In this document: one piece after another, positions 1 through 10,201 of the stretch
Numbering within the stretch: the first letter of the stretch is position 1
Layout of the letters: each line of letters starts with the position of its first letter
Origin: Candidatus Sulfomarinibacteraceae bacterium
Lineage (GTDB): Bacteria > Acidobacteriota > Thermoanaerobaculia > Thermoanaerobaculales > Sulfomarinibacteraceae
Reading direction: 5' to 3'
NCBI GenBank assembly: GCA_963796455.1
Contig: CAWCLO010000001.1
Location: forward strand, 1,216,001 to 1,280,000
Length of the DNA: 64,000 bases
Position numbers and translations under genes: made by a program
The notes under the pieces: generated by a model
Seen by the model: the letters and a program-made list of their open reading frames with translations, nothing else
What the model was told of the DNA's origin: nothing
The model's database searches: none

Positions 1-1
1 A

Positions 2-238
2 GGTCTGCTGGCGGGAGATCCCATCGCACGGGTTGCATCATCCACCGCCCTGGGCGCGATGATCCTCACCTATCTGCCGACTCTCCGCTTCTACCGCCTG
101 TCCGCGTTCCGAGCGCTGCTGCTGCCGGTCATCGGCACTCTCTACCTGGCCATGACCATCGATTCAGCCTGGCGCTACTGGCGCGGCCAGCGCTCCGCCT
201 GGCGCGGCCGGGTGTACCAATCGCCCGGGCGGCGATAA
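2..238 (+). CDS. hpnB: C-terminal part of hopene-associated glycosyltransferase (HpnB-like), truncated by window edge
   Basis: Manual translation ...YLPTLRFYRLSAFRALLLPVIGTLYLAMTIDSAWRYWRGQRSAWRGRVY...; resembles the HpnB C-terminus; adjacent to the shc locus. Confidence 0.7.
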   Translation, partial: GLLAGDPIARVASSTALGAMILTYLPTLRFYRLSAFRALLLPVIGTLYLAMTIDSAWRYWRGQRSAWRGRVYQSPGRR

Positions 239-298
239 ACCCCGCCCCTACACACGAGGAGAAGACTCTTTGGGGGAGGTGTTCATCCCCTCCCGGAA

Positions 299-1096
299 TC
301 AATCGTCGAGGAGGGTGTTTTTCTTGACCTGGCCGCGGGTGAAGGAGGGCGCGATGGCCTGTGCGATATAGCCCGAGGCGATCCAGCGCGGATAGGTGAT
401 CTCGCGTTTGCCGCGTGCCAAAGCACCCAAAATGGCATCGACCAGGCCTTCGGGTTCGGCCATCTGTCGCCGCGCCACCGCCGGGAGTCGCGCCAAAGCC
501 TCGTCGTCGAAGAAGGGCGTCCGGATAGCACCCGGACAAACGGTGAGCACATGCACCCCGGCGTCCTCGACCTCCAACGATAGCGACGAAGCGAGACCGA
601 CCATGGCGTGTTTCGATGCGGCATAGGCGGTCTCGTCGGCGGGCGCGATCCGTCCCGCCACCGATGAGATGAAAACCAGCCATCCTCGCCCGGCCTCGAC
701 CATCGCCGGCAGGAGCGCCTTGGTGAAGTACAGGGTTCCGAAGTAATTGACCCGCATCATGCGTTCCATGTCTTCAAGGTCCCATTCGAGGAAACGGCGG
801 TGGTGACCATAACCCGCGTTGTTGACGAGTACGTCGATCGAACCCAACTCGGCTTCCGCCCGCTCTGCGGTTGCCAGCGCCTGTTCCCGATTGCTCACGT
901 CGCAGACCAGGGCCCGCGCCTCGCCCCCACCCGCGCGAATCTCTGCCGCCAGGCCTTCAAGTTCATCCTCGCGCCGTGCAACCAGCGCCAACCGGGCCCC
1001 CATCGCGGCCATTCGAAGGGCCAACAGACGTCCGATCCCGCTCGAAGCTCCGGTCACGAGAACGCTCCGACCTTTGAAATCCTTCAAGCGAGCCAT
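299..1096 (-). CDS. Short-chain dehydrogenase/reductase (SDR), probably NADP(H)-dependent
   Basis: TGASSGIG, VARR, NNAG and YAASK motifs; ATG at 1096 after a GAGGGAGG RBS. Confidence 0.9.
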   Translation of the reverse strand: MARLKDFKGRSVLVTGASSGIGRLLALRMAAMGARLALVARREDELEGLAAEIRAGGGEARALVCDVSNREQALATAERAEAELGSIDVLVNNAGYGHHRRFLEWDLEDMERMMRVNYFGTLYFTKALLPAMVEAGRGWLVFISSVAGRIAPADETAYAASKHAMVGLASSLSLEVEDAGVHVLTVCPGAIRTPFFDDEALARLPAVARRQMAEPEGLVDAILGALARGKREITYPRWIASGYIAQAIAPSFTRGQVKKNTLLDD

Positions 1097-1106
1097 CGAT
1101 CCTCCC

Positions 1107-2822
1107 TCAATCCTGCACGGCGAGCGGTACGAGCTCGAAGCGCTCCACATCCACCAGCCCTTGATCTGTGAGTTTGAGCGACGGGATAACCTCGAGGGCG
1201 ACAAAGGAGAGCGCCATCAGCGGGTCCATGTGGGTGCACCCGCAGCCGTGTGCAGCGGCGGTCAGCCCGTCGAGCTCGAGTCGCACCTCGTCCAGCGAGC
1301 GGTCGGAGATGAGCCCAGCATAGGGCAAAGCCAGGGCCGCCAGGATTTCATGATTTCGCGCAACCACTGCTCCTCCGCCGAGCCGTACGATCTCTTTGAT
1401 CGCCGTATGCATGGACTGGTCGTCGCCACCGGCAACAATCAGATTGTGGTGATCGTGAGCCACCGTACAGGCCATGGCTCCCTCCAGGGGACCGAATCCG
1501 CGCAGGAATCCGAGACCCACGTTGCCGGTGCCCCGGTGGCGTTCGATCACCACCAGCTTGGCGAGACCGTCCTCGGGGTCGGCCAGCAACACTCCGTCGC
1601 GGGATGGAGGCTTCTCGATCAACTGCCTGGTCACAATCTGGCCGGGAACGAGGCCGATGACCCGGACCGATGAGCCCGAGTCTTCGATGGCAAGATCAAC
1701 CTCATCGGGATCCACGTTCACGGCGCCCATCACAGCGGCCGAGTCCACTCGGGCCTCGGGCCAGGAGCCGACCGGACGGCCTTTCTCGGCCACCAGGTCC
1801 CCGGCCACGAAGACCATCTCAGCGCGGAAGTTTTCGAAACCAGAGCACACGGCCAAATCCGCCCGGCGGCCGGGAGCGATCGCTCCGCGGTCGTCGAGAC
1901 CGTAGGCGTCGGCGATGTTGAGGGTCGCCATCTGGACCGCGATCATCGGGTCGAGACCGCTGCTGATCGCCAGCCGGAGAAGATGATCGATATGGCCGTC
2001 GTCGAGGAGATCATGGGGGTGGCGGTCGTCAGTACAGAATCCACATCGCCTGCTGTTTGCCGGTGTAACGACCGGCAGCAGATCCAGCAGATTGCGAGCG
2101 CCGGTTCCTTCGCGCAGCCACACCCGCATCCCGAGCCGCAATTTCTCCCTCGCCTCGTCCGGGCTCAGGGTCTCGTGGTCGGTGCCAACTCCCGCCGCCG
2201 CGTAGGCCTGTAACCAATCCCCCGCCAGACCCGGACCATGGCCGTCCACCGGGCGGCCGGCAAAGGTCTCGATCTTGGCGTGAACCGCGGCGTCACCGAG
2301 CACGACCCCGGGAACATTCATCACCTCGGCAAGACCGATGATTCTCGGGTGTTTCGCCAGCAGCGCCAGATCGGCGGCGTCGAGTTCGGCCCCCGCGGTT
2401 GCCAGGTGGGTCGCCGGCACACACGAAGGCGCCATCACCAGTACCTGCAGCGGCAGGCCCTCGGAAGCATCGAGCAACCAATTGACCCCTGCCATCCCGG
2501 CCACATTTGCAACCTCATGGGGGTCGGTTACCACGGTTGTCGTCCCTCTCGGTACCACCGCCCGGGCAAACTCGGAGGGAGTCACCATCGAGCTTTCAAG
2601 ATGAACATGGGCGTCGATCAGACCCGGCAGCAGGATCCGTCCGGCCAGATCGATCACATTCTCCGCATCTCGATTCGGACCGACCGAAGCGATCACTCCA
2701 TCGACCACGGCGACCTCGGCTTCGATAATGGTTCCGGTAAAGACGTCCACTACGCGCCCACCGCTGAACAGCAGATCCGCAGCCGCATCCCCCCGGGCAA
2801 CTGCTAACAATCTTGGATTCAC
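1107..2822 (-). CDS. ade: Adenine deaminase (amidohydrolase family)
   Basis: PGLIDAHVHLESSM, DPHEVANV, GLAEVMN, DGH, DHE, CTDDRHP and AHDHHN motifs; GTG start 1 nt after the upstream stop. Confidence 0.92.
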   Translation of the reverse strand: MNPRLLAVARGDAAADLLFSGGRVVDVFTGTIIEAEVAVVDGVIASVGPNRDAENVIDLAGRILLPGLIDAHVHLESSMVTPSEFARAVVPRGTTTVVTDPHEVANVAGMAGVNWLLDASEGLPLQVLVMAPSCVPATHLATAGAELDAADLALLAKHPRIIGLAEVMNVPGVVLGDAAVHAKIETFAGRPVDGHGPGLAGDWLQAYAAAGVGTDHETLSPDEAREKLRLGMRVWLREGTGARNLLDLLPVVTPANSRRCGFCTDDRHPHDLLDDGHIDHLLRLAISSGLDPMIAVQMATLNIADAYGLDDRGAIAPGRRADLAVCSGFENFRAEMVFVAGDLVAEKGRPVGSWPEARVDSAAVMGAVNVDPDEVDLAIEDSGSSVRVIGLVPGQIVTRQLIEKPPSRDGVLLADPEDGLAKLVVIERHRGTGNVGLGFLRGFGPLEGAMACTVAHDHHNLIVAGGDDQSMHTAIKEIVRLGGGAVVARNHEILAALALPYAGLISDRSLDEVRLELDGLTAAAHGCGCTHMDPLMALSFVALEVIPSLKLTDQGLVDVERFELVPLAVQD

Positions 2823-2823
2823 C

Positions 2824-4332
2824 TTAAAATCCCCATCCGGCGCCGCCGGTGACCATCCACCGTCCGCCATCGCCGTTATCGACACGGTACAACAGGCCGA
2901 GCCCGATATTTGCCTGCGCCACCGGCACGCCGAGTTCGAGGCCGGCGTATGTTCGGCCTCCCTCGACCCAACCGAGGTCGCCCCAGGTCCGGAGCACCGT
3001 CACTTTGTAGGCGGTGCCGATAAATCCAGCTTTCAGAAACGACCCGCTCTGGTTGGTCTTTCCCGTGACCCTTGCCCAACCGAGGCTCATTTTCACGCCT
3101 CCGAGGCCCGGTTCCAGAGCGGCGATGAAGCCGCGAAAATCACAGGGGGTTCGACAGTCGAAAGTTTTCGGTTGCGAGGTGGCCATGACGGCGAGAGTTG
3201 CCGACGCCACCTGGGGATAGGTCAGATGCAACCCGACCAGACCGAGGCCGAAACGACGCCGATCCGCCTCCTCGGCGTCGATATCGTCCTTGATAGTGGC
3301 CGGATCGACCTTCGGATTGTGGTTTTCCACGATCTCGACCGGGCCAGGAGCAGGATCGAGCGATGGATCTCGCTCGGTGCACACTGCTTCGATACCGAAT
3401 TGGGCCGGATCCGGGAGCTTGCCCTCGGCCACCCTCTCGGCCACCAGGTCGCCGACCAGCGATCCTTTGTCCATTTCGCGATAACGCCGCCGCATGGCCA
3501 CAACCTGCGGATCGTCGAGCCGATCACAATAGGATTCGAGCACCGGTTTGACCTTGCGCCAGCGGCCCTTGGTGTAGATGGGCGGTTGGTAGGACTCGTC
3601 CCACCGTGGGGTGACATAGTTCCGCAGATCCACGGGCCGGGAGATGAACCAACCATCCTCTCCGAGTTTGAGGATGGGGTCCTCCACATCGCAGAGATCG
3701 AAATACAGCTGCATCCCGGAGTAGTTCGCTTCGAGGTCGCCTATGGCAGTGACTCCGGAAGCCAGTTTGCCGAGGATCAGGCTCTCCTCGGTGATCCCAC
3801 GGTTTGCCGCACGCCGTTTCGCCTCTTCGGGGGTCTGACCTTTTTTGATGCCCCGGTAATACTCCTTGTAGTAGGTCCACCCCGACGACACGAGGTGCGC
3901 CAACTTGTCGGTACCAAAACGGACACCGGCAACCTCGAGAGTCGGTGTGTAGGGCATCCAGGTCCCGGTATCAATCGTTGGGTGATTCGAATAGAGGTTG
4001 GTCCTCCGGTACTCCTGTTGGGCAGCGGCCCCCATCGGGATCCTGTCCACATATTCGGTGTTCCACGCCCACACCTGAATCTCGTGCAGCAGCAGAAAGC
4101 GCATCCGTTTGCGGTAGGCGATCGAGATCTTGCGGCAACTCTCAGGCGGGCGGGAGGCGGGAAAAGAGGCGATGGCGCGCTCGAGCTCGAGATTGAATCT
4201 GGCGTTGACCGCGTCGGTCGAATCCGCCAGCGGCAAACCCCAGGCATAGTATTGATCGGTCTCCAATGAGTGCGCCTCACCCGTCACCAGCACCAAAAGC
4301 AAGACAAACGAAATTGCACAACGATGCCTCAT
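2824..4332 (-). CDS. Exported hypothetical protein
   Basis: Signal-peptide-like N-terminus, GTDKLAH motif, Gly/aromatic beta-rich C-terminus ending GWGF; ATGA overlap with the hpnG stop. Confidence 0.7.
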   Translation of the reverse strand: MRHRCAISFVLLLVLVTGEAHSLETDQYYAWGLPLADSTDAVNARFNLELERAIASFPASRPPESCRKISIAYRKRMRFLLLHEIQVWAWNTEYVDRIPMGAAAQQEYRRTNLYSNHPTIDTGTWMPYTPTLEVAGVRFGTDKLAHLVSSGWTYYKEYYRGIKKGQTPEEAKRRAANRGITEESLILGKLASGVTAIGDLEANYSGMQLYFDLCDVEDPILKLGEDGWFISRPVDLRNYVTPRWDESYQPPIYTKGRWRKVKPVLESYCDRLDDPQVVAMRRRYREMDKGSLVGDLVAERVAEGKLPDPAQFGIEAVCTERDPSLDPAPGPVEIVENHNPKVDPATIKDDIDAEEADRRRFGLGLVGLHLTYPQVASATLAVMATSQPKTFDCRTPCDFRGFIAALEPGLGGVKMSLGWARVTGKTNQSGSFLKAGFIGTAYKVTVLRTWGDLGWVEGGRTYAGLELGVPVAQANIGLGLLYRVDNGDGGRWMVTGGAGWGF

Positions 4333-5015
4333 GCCCGAGACTCCGTGCACGCCAGATCGGGACCCGCAATCGACCACACCGTGCGCATGCTTTTTGCCGC
4401 GGCACTATTGGCCCGCCCGAGTCGCAGCATGCCGCCCCACTCGCCGGGCTGAAAAATCAGCCGAAGGACAGCACTCTTCTTCAAACGACCTTCCTCATCA
4501 CACATCGTCAACGCCACATCCGGCAGCCGGACACCGGCCGCATCGACCACAACCCGAACAACAATGATGGGAACACCGGCATCGTTTGCAATTCCCGCAA
4601 CCGCGGCGCTCTCCATATCCACCGCTCCTGCTCCGGTCTGCCGGTGCAAGATCTTTTTTTCGTCAGGCTCCGTCACCGGCTTCGCCGCGTGGACCAGCGG
4701 CGCGGTCGAAGTCGGCACGCGATCCCGGATCCGCGCCAACAGTCGGTCGCGCCACGCCACATCGACTCGTGAGCCCGGCCCGTCGTTGTAAACGAGGACC
4801 TCGGGCAGGACGACGGTCCCCGGCTCCAGATGAGGGTCGAGACCACCGGCAACACCCCAGCTGACCAGCGATGTCGCACCGTGCTGCAACAATCTCCGAG
4901 CCGCTGCCCGGGCACGTTCCTCCCCCGCCCCGCTCACCTCGACCAGGCAATCGGCAGGGTTGATCCATCCACTCTCCATTTCGAGAGCTGCGACGATCCC
5001 GAGCTCCGGCGTCAC
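4329..5015 (-). CDS. hpnG: Hopanoid-associated nucleoside phosphorylase (HpnG-like, PNP/MTAN family)
   Basis: VSWGVAGGLDP, AVDMESAAVA and RVVVD motifs; GTGA overlap with the shc stop. Confidence 0.8.
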   Translation of the reverse strand: MTPELGIVAALEMESGWINPADCLVEVSGAGEERARAAARRLLQHGATSLVSWGVAGGLDPHLEPGTVVLPEVLVYNDGPGSRVDVAWRDRLLARIRDRVPTSTAPLVHAAKPVTEPDEKKILHRQTGAGAVDMESAAVAGIANDAGVPIIVVRVVVDAAGVRLPDVALTMCDEEGRLKKSAVLRLIFQPGEWGGMLRLGRANSAAAKSMRTVWSIAGPDLACTESRA

Positions 5016-6964
5016 TGTGGAATCACGAGATTTCGGTATCGCGCCAGCGCCCACAGGGGAAAGAACTGCGAATAACCGTGGTAGCGGAGATAAAAGACGC
5101 GAGGGAAACCCGGCGCCGTATATTCGGGATCCGACCAACCGCCGGACGCTTCCTGTTGTGCCAAGAGAAAGTCCACCCCCCGCAGCACGTGCTCGCACTC
5201 ACCCTCCCCAGCCGCCATCAACCCAAGCAGCGCCCACGCCGTCTGGAAGGCGGTGCTGCGGTCGCCGGAGTTGCTCCGAGCGGCATCGAGGTAGCTGTCG
5301 TTGGTTTCGCCCCAGCCGCCGTCGGTGTGCTGCACTGATTTGAGCCACGCCGCGGCCCGCTGGACCATATCGCTCACTTCGGCTCCAGAAACGTGTTCCA
5401 GGGCCAACAGTACCGACCACGTACCGTAGATGTAGTTGGTGCCCCACCGCCCGAACCACGAGCCGTCAGCCTCCTGCTCGGTTTTCAAGTAACTGACCAC
5501 ACGTCCGAGGCTGTCGCCGTCCCCGGTCCGCTCCAATTGCGCAAACAGAGCGAGGCAACGGGCACTGACATCGCTGGTGGGCGGATCGAGCAACGCCCCG
5601 TGATCGGCAAACGGTATTTCATTCAAAGTGTAATGGGTGTTGTCCGAGTCAAATGCCGCAAAGCCGCCGTTGCGGGACTGCATCCCTCGCAGCCAGTCGG
5701 CCGCCCGCCGGATGGGCTCATCATATTTCGCCCGGTCGACGACCCGGTGCATGGCCCACGCCACCACCGCGGTGTCATCGAGGTCGGGATAGTAGGCATT
5801 TTCGTATTGAAATGCCCAACCACCACCGGCGAGGTGAGGGTGGTTGACGCGCCAGTCGCCCGGTTCGTCCGCGAGTTGGAGCGGCGCCAACCACTCGAGA
5901 GCCCTGGACAGTTCTTCCCGGTTTTTTTCAGCCCCGTCCTCGATGAGGGCGAGACTCGCAAGACCGGTGTCCCAGACCGGCGACACGCACGGCTGGCAGT
6001 AAGCCGTTTCGTCGTCTACCACCAAAAGATCGTCGATCGCCTTTCGCGCCTGCAGCATCAGCGGCTCACCCGGGTCGTGACCGAGCAGACCAAAGGCCAT
6101 ATATGCGTTGATCATGGCCGGAAAGATGGCGCCCAGCCCGCCTTCGTTGCACCTCGGAGTGAACCAATCTTCCGCCTTCCGGAGAGCCCTCTTCCGGATC
6201 CAACCGGGAATCAGCGGTTCCAGCGGGCGCACCGTTCGCTCCACCATCAGGATCAAGCGGTTGAGGAGCGACCGTACCGGGAAATAATCCCGCTCTTTCC
6301 AGGGGTCCCTGGTGAAAAGCTCCCGAACACCTGCACCACCGGGGTTGGCAGCCCGTGCTTTGTAGGCGTAAATCACGAAGAGGGGCACCATGACGGTACG
6401 AGACCAGTAGGAGACTTTGTCCAAGTGGAAAAAGAACCACCGCGGCAGGAGCATGATCTCGGGCGGGATGAATGGCACCGCCCGCCACGGCACCTGACCG
6501 AATACTGCCAGTGCAATGCGGGTGAAGACGTTGGCGCGGGCCGCCCCTCCCCGGGCAAAAAGCGATTCCCGCGCCCTTTTCATATGCGGGGCTTCAGGAT
6601 CGTCACCGATCATCTTGAGGGCGTAATAGGCCTTGACCGTGCAACTGATGTCGAGATCACCACCAAGATACAAGGGCCACCCGCCGTGCTCCGCCTGGCG
6701 GGCACGCAGATAGTTGCCGATCTTCGACTCCAGCTCGGGCTGAGTCTCGCCGAGGTAACGCAAAAAGAAGACATACTCCGCCGGGATCGTGCAGTCGGCC
6801 TCGAGCTCGTAGCACCAGTGTCCGTCGGGATGCTGGTCTGCAAGGAGGGCCTGGCGGGCGCGGGCGACCGCGTCTGTCAAGCGCTGAAAACCGGCCTCGG
6901 TCGGTCGCGTGCCCCGATCCTCGGCATGCGGTCTGTGATCATTCAACAAAAGCTCTGATTCCAT
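5012..6964 (-). CDS. shc: Squalene-hopene cyclase
   Basis: YPDLDDTA (DxDD), QW repeats (QHPDGHW, QEADGSW, QHTDGGW), GRWGTNYIYGT, APGFPRVFYLRYHGY. Confidence 0.97.
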   Translation of the reverse strand: MESELLLNDHRPHAEDRGTRPTEAGFQRLTDAVARARQALLADQHPDGHWCYELEADCTIPAEYVFFLRYLGETQPELESKIGNYLRARQAEHGGWPLYLGGDLDISCTVKAYYALKMIGDDPEAPHMKRARESLFARGGAARANVFTRIALAVFGQVPWRAVPFIPPEIMLLPRWFFFHLDKVSYWSRTVMVPLFVIYAYKARAANPGGAGVRELFTRDPWKERDYFPVRSLLNRLILMVERTVRPLEPLIPGWIRKRALRKAEDWFTPRCNEGGLGAIFPAMINAYMAFGLLGHDPGEPLMLQARKAIDDLLVVDDETAYCQPCVSPVWDTGLASLALIEDGAEKNREELSRALEWLAPLQLADEPGDWRVNHPHLAGGGWAFQYENAYYPDLDDTAVVAWAMHRVVDRAKYDEPIRRAADWLRGMQSRNGGFAAFDSDNTHYTLNEIPFADHGALLDPPTSDVSARCLALFAQLERTGDGDSLGRVVSYLKTEQEADGSWFGRWGTNYIYGTWSVLLALEHVSGAEVSDMVQRAAAWLKSVQHTDGGWGETNDSYLDAARSNSGDRSTAFQTAWALLGLMAAGEGECEHVLRGVDFLLAQQEASGGWSDPEYTAPGFPRVFYLRYHGYSQFFPLWALARYRNLVIPQ

Positions 6965-7085
6965 GCACAGGATTCTATACTTTCCAGGTCTTCCGGCCTC
7001 CCTCGTTACGAGTGAAAAACAAGGGATGCGGGACGCAGGTCCAGATTCAATCGAGTACGATAATCCAACATTGAATGGAGGACGA

Positions 7086-8966
7086 ATGGCAGACACGTCA
7101 AACTGGTCACTATTGAAAGAGGCACTTGGCGACTTTCGGAGAACCTGGCCGCAGCTGGTTCTCACCGATCTTCTCGCGAAAATCCTTGCCGTCGTGATCA
7201 TCGCGCCCGCTCTCGGTCTCCTGGTCAAGCTGTTCCTTTGGCGAACGTCAACCGGCGTTGTTACCGATGAGGCTATCGTTTCGTTTCTGCTCCAGCCATT
7301 CGGCATGGCGGCTCTGGTAGTGATAGCGGCTGTTTCACTTGGCGTGCTCTTTGCCGAAACGGGCCAGCTCATGGTCATCGGATTCGCCGCCGTGGAAGAT
7401 CGGAGCGTGACCTGGCTGGACTCCCTCAGATACACCTATCAGCGAGTGGCGGCGCTCATCCGCCTCGCGGGTGCCGGCACTGTTCGCCTCCTGCTGATCT
7501 CGGTGCCCTTTCTGGCGGCAGGCGGTGGAATCTTCTGGTTGCTGATCCGCGCCCACGACATCAACTACTACCTTGCACGGAAACCACCGGAGTTCATGGT
7601 CGCAGCCGTTGCCGTTGCGCTCCTGTTGACTGTTCTCGCCTTGATCATCACCTCGAAGATCGCCTCCTGGTTACTGGCATTGCCCATGGTGCTGTTCGAG
7701 CAAATGGGTGGAAAACAGGCCCTCCAAACCAGCGATGCGACCACCCGCCCACAGCGCAGGAAACTGACGCTGTGGCTCCTCGGATGGCTGGCCCTCACTT
7801 TTTTGCTATCCGCCGCAGTGACCTCGTTTGTGGGGTGGTTGGGAGGATTTGCGGTCTCCCAAGGTGTCTCGAATCTTGCTGTTCTCCTGATCGGCCTGAG
7901 TTTCGTGATCATCGTCGCCGGCGTCGCCAATCTCGCAGTTTCGGTCTTCACCACCGTCCTCTTCCCCCTTCTCGTGGTTCGCATCTATCGATCCATGGCG
8001 GGTCCCGGTGAGCTAAAGCCCGAGATCGGTGCACCGGGCTCGTTGACTGACCGCGCATCGTTCAGGGTTCCCGGCAAAATCGTGCTCGCCGGAGGGATCG
8101 TGGCGGCAGTTCTGGCCGTCGTCGGATTCACAATGGCGGTTGACGATCCCGATTGGGAGGACCCGACACAGATCATTGCCCACCGCGGCGGCGCCGCGGT
8201 GGCACCCGAAAACACCATGGCGGCCTTCGAGCGCGGCATCGCCGACGGCGCCGACTGGATCGAGCTCGATGTCCAGGAAAACGCCGATGGCACGGTGATT
8301 GTCGAGCACGATCGAGACTTCATGCGTGCGGCTGGGGCCAAACTCGAGGTATGGCAATCAACGGATGCCGATCTCGCCAATCTCGATATCGGCAGTTCCT
8401 TCGCGCCCGAGTTCTCCGATCAGAGGGTGCCGACCCTGCGCGAAGTCCTCGAACTCGCCAAGGGTAGAGTCGGGGTCTTCATCGAGCTCAAATATTACGG
8501 GCACGACGTCAGGCTCGAAGAAAAGGTCGTCGAAATCGTCGAAGAGACCGGAATGGCGGACCACATCGTCATCATGTCCCTCGATTACGACGGCGTGCTC
8601 ACGACAGCGGCACTGCGTCCGGACTGGACCTACGGCCTCCTCAACGCCGTCGCCATCGGCGATCTCACCCGGCTCGAAGTGGATTTTCTCGCCCTCACCG
8701 CCAATAACACCGCGGTGCCGAAGATCCGGCGCGTTCACAAACGCGGTATGAAAACCTACCCATGGATTATCAACGACCCGGTCCAGATGTGGGTGATGAT
8801 GAGCCGGGGCGTGGACGGCATCATCACCGATCATGTCGCGCGGGCCAATTCCATCAAGGAGATTCGAGGTCAGGTCACCCCAGTCGGACGGATCATCATC
8901 TGGATTGCCGCCGAGATCGGTCTTCTGCAAGGCGTCGAGGCGACATCGGCCGAAGAAGACGCCTAA
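7086..8966 (+). CDS. Glycerophosphodiester phosphodiesterase with N-terminal membrane domain
   Basis: Multi-TM N-half; IAHRGG, PENT, IELDV, IELK and GVDGIITD motifs. Confidence 0.9.
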   Translation: MADTSNWSLLKEALGDFRRTWPQLVLTDLLAKILAVVIIAPALGLLVKLFLWRTSTGVVTDEAIVSFLLQPFGMAALVVIAAVSLGVLFAETGQLMVIGFAAVEDRSVTWLDSLRYTYQRVAALIRLAGAGTVRLLLISVPFLAAGGGIFWLLIRAHDINYYLARKPPEFMVAAVAVALLLTVLALIITSKIASWLLALPMVLFEQMGGKQALQTSDATTRPQRRKLTLWLLGWLALTFLLSAAVTSFVGWLGGFAVSQGVSNLAVLLIGLSFVIIVAGVANLAVSVFTTVLFPLLVVRIYRSMAGPGELKPEIGAPGSLTDRASFRVPGKIVLAGGIVAAVLAVVGFTMAVDDPDWEDPTQIIAHRGGAAVAPENTMAAFERGIADGADWIELDVQENADGTVIVEHDRDFMRAAGAKLEVWQSTDADLANLDIGSSFAPEFSDQRVPTLREVLELAKGRVGVFIELKYYGHDVRLEEKVVEIVEETGMADHIVIMSLDYDGVLTTAALRPDWTYGLLNAVAIGDLTRLEVDFLALTANNTAVPKIRRVHKRGMKTYPWIINDPVQMWVMMSRGVDGIITDHVARANSIKEIRGQVTPVGRIIIWIAAEIGLLQGVEATSAEEDA

Positions 8967-10153
8967 CGATATTGGCGCAGGATCCTTCTTGCCAGGGACA
9001 GCTTGTGAACTTCATCGGCGCCGTCGTAGATGCGGGCGGCGCGTTCATGACGGTAGAAAAAGGCGAGCATTGTGTCATCGGTCATCCCGAGACCGCCGTG
9101 GATCTGGAGGGCGGTGTCGATGACTTTTTGCATCGTGTTCGCGGTCACGAACTTGATCATCGAGATATCTTCACGGGCTTCCTTCCAACCCAGCTTTTCG
9201 ATCTTCCACGCCGTGTGGAGGACCATCAAACGGGCCGCCTGAATATCGGCCGCGCATTCAGCGATCCAGGTCTGGATCACGTCCTTGTCGGCCAGGGTTC
9301 GATCGGGTGCAATGGTGCGGCTCGCGGCGCGTGAACACATGAGATCGAAGGCCCGGTTGCAGATCCCGATCCAACGCATGCAATGATGAATCCGGCCCGG
9401 TCCGAGCCGTTCCTGGGCAATGACAAAGCCGTTTCCCTCGGGCCCAAGAAGGTTGCTCTGCGGCACGCGGCACGAGTGATAGAGAATCTCGGCGTGGCTC
9501 GCCCAGTCATCGCCTGCATGGCCCATGACATTGATGTTGCGGACGAGGTCGAATCCGGTCGTATCGGTAGGAACGATGATCATCGAAGCTCTCCGGTGGA
9601 CCGGCGCCTCGGGATCGGTGATCGCCATGACCACGGCAAAAGCGGCGCCATCAGCCGAAGTGGTGTACCACTTCTGACCGTTGATCACGTAGTCGCCGCC
9701 CTCCTTGACCGCGGTGGTCTCCATCATGACCGGGTTCGAGCCCGGCATCTCGACCTCGGTCATCGAAAAACAGCTCCGGACCGTCCCCTCCACCAACGGC
9801 CCGAGCCAACGCTCTTTCTGTTCTTCGGATCCATGAAGGTGGAGAATCTCGATGTTGCCGGCATCCGGAGCGTGGCAATTGAAGACGAAGTGGCCGGTCG
9901 GCGTGCGCCCGAGGACCTCGGAGATCAACCCGAGCTCGACCAGACCAAGCCCCATACCGCCATATTCCTGCGGGTGGCCCGGCGCCCAAAGTCCCATCTG
10001 CCGAACCTGGTTCCGCTTTTTCTCGATCTCCGGCAGGAGTTCGCTGAATGGTTTGCGGAGAAAGGCCTCCTCCATCGGTACCAGTTCTCTATCCACAAAT
10101 TCGCGGATCATGTCGAGCATGGTCTCGGTCGTCTCAGTGAGTGTGAAGTCCAC
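8963..10153 (-). CDS. Acyl-CoA dehydrogenase (ACAD10/11/FadE2-like)
   Basis: APDAGNIE, FSMTE, NGQKWYTT, RLGPGRIHHCMR and RIYDGADEVH motifs; start estimated. Confidence 0.92.
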   Translation of the reverse strand: MDFTLTETTETMLDMIREFVDRELVPMEEAFLRKPFSELLPEIEKKRNQVRQMGLWAPGHPQEYGGMGLGLVELGLISEVLGRTPTGHFVFNCHAPDAGNIEILHLHGSEEQKERWLGPLVEGTVRSCFSMTEVEMPGSNPVMMETTAVKEGGDYVINGQKWYTTSADGAAFAVVMAITDPEAPVHRRASMIIVPTDTTGFDLVRNINVMGHAGDDWASHAEILYHSCRVPQSNLLGPEGNGFVIAQERLGPGRIHHCMRWIGICNRAFDLMCSRAASRTIAPDRTLADKDVIQTWIAECAADIQAARLMVLHTAWKIEKLGWKEAREDISMIKFVTANTMQKVIDTALQIHGGLGMTDDTMLAFFYRHERAARIYDGADEVHKLSLARRILRQYR

Positions 10154-10201
10154 AAGCCATCCCTTCACCCGATCCGGATGCTTCATGCTAGCATCCGGCC
10201 C

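Noticed and set aside
2728..6958. Long + strand ORFs (2728-4269, 5393-6958) and similar antisense ORFs elsewhere
   Set aside because: Shadows of well-supported opposite-strand genes in high-GC DNA; no motifs
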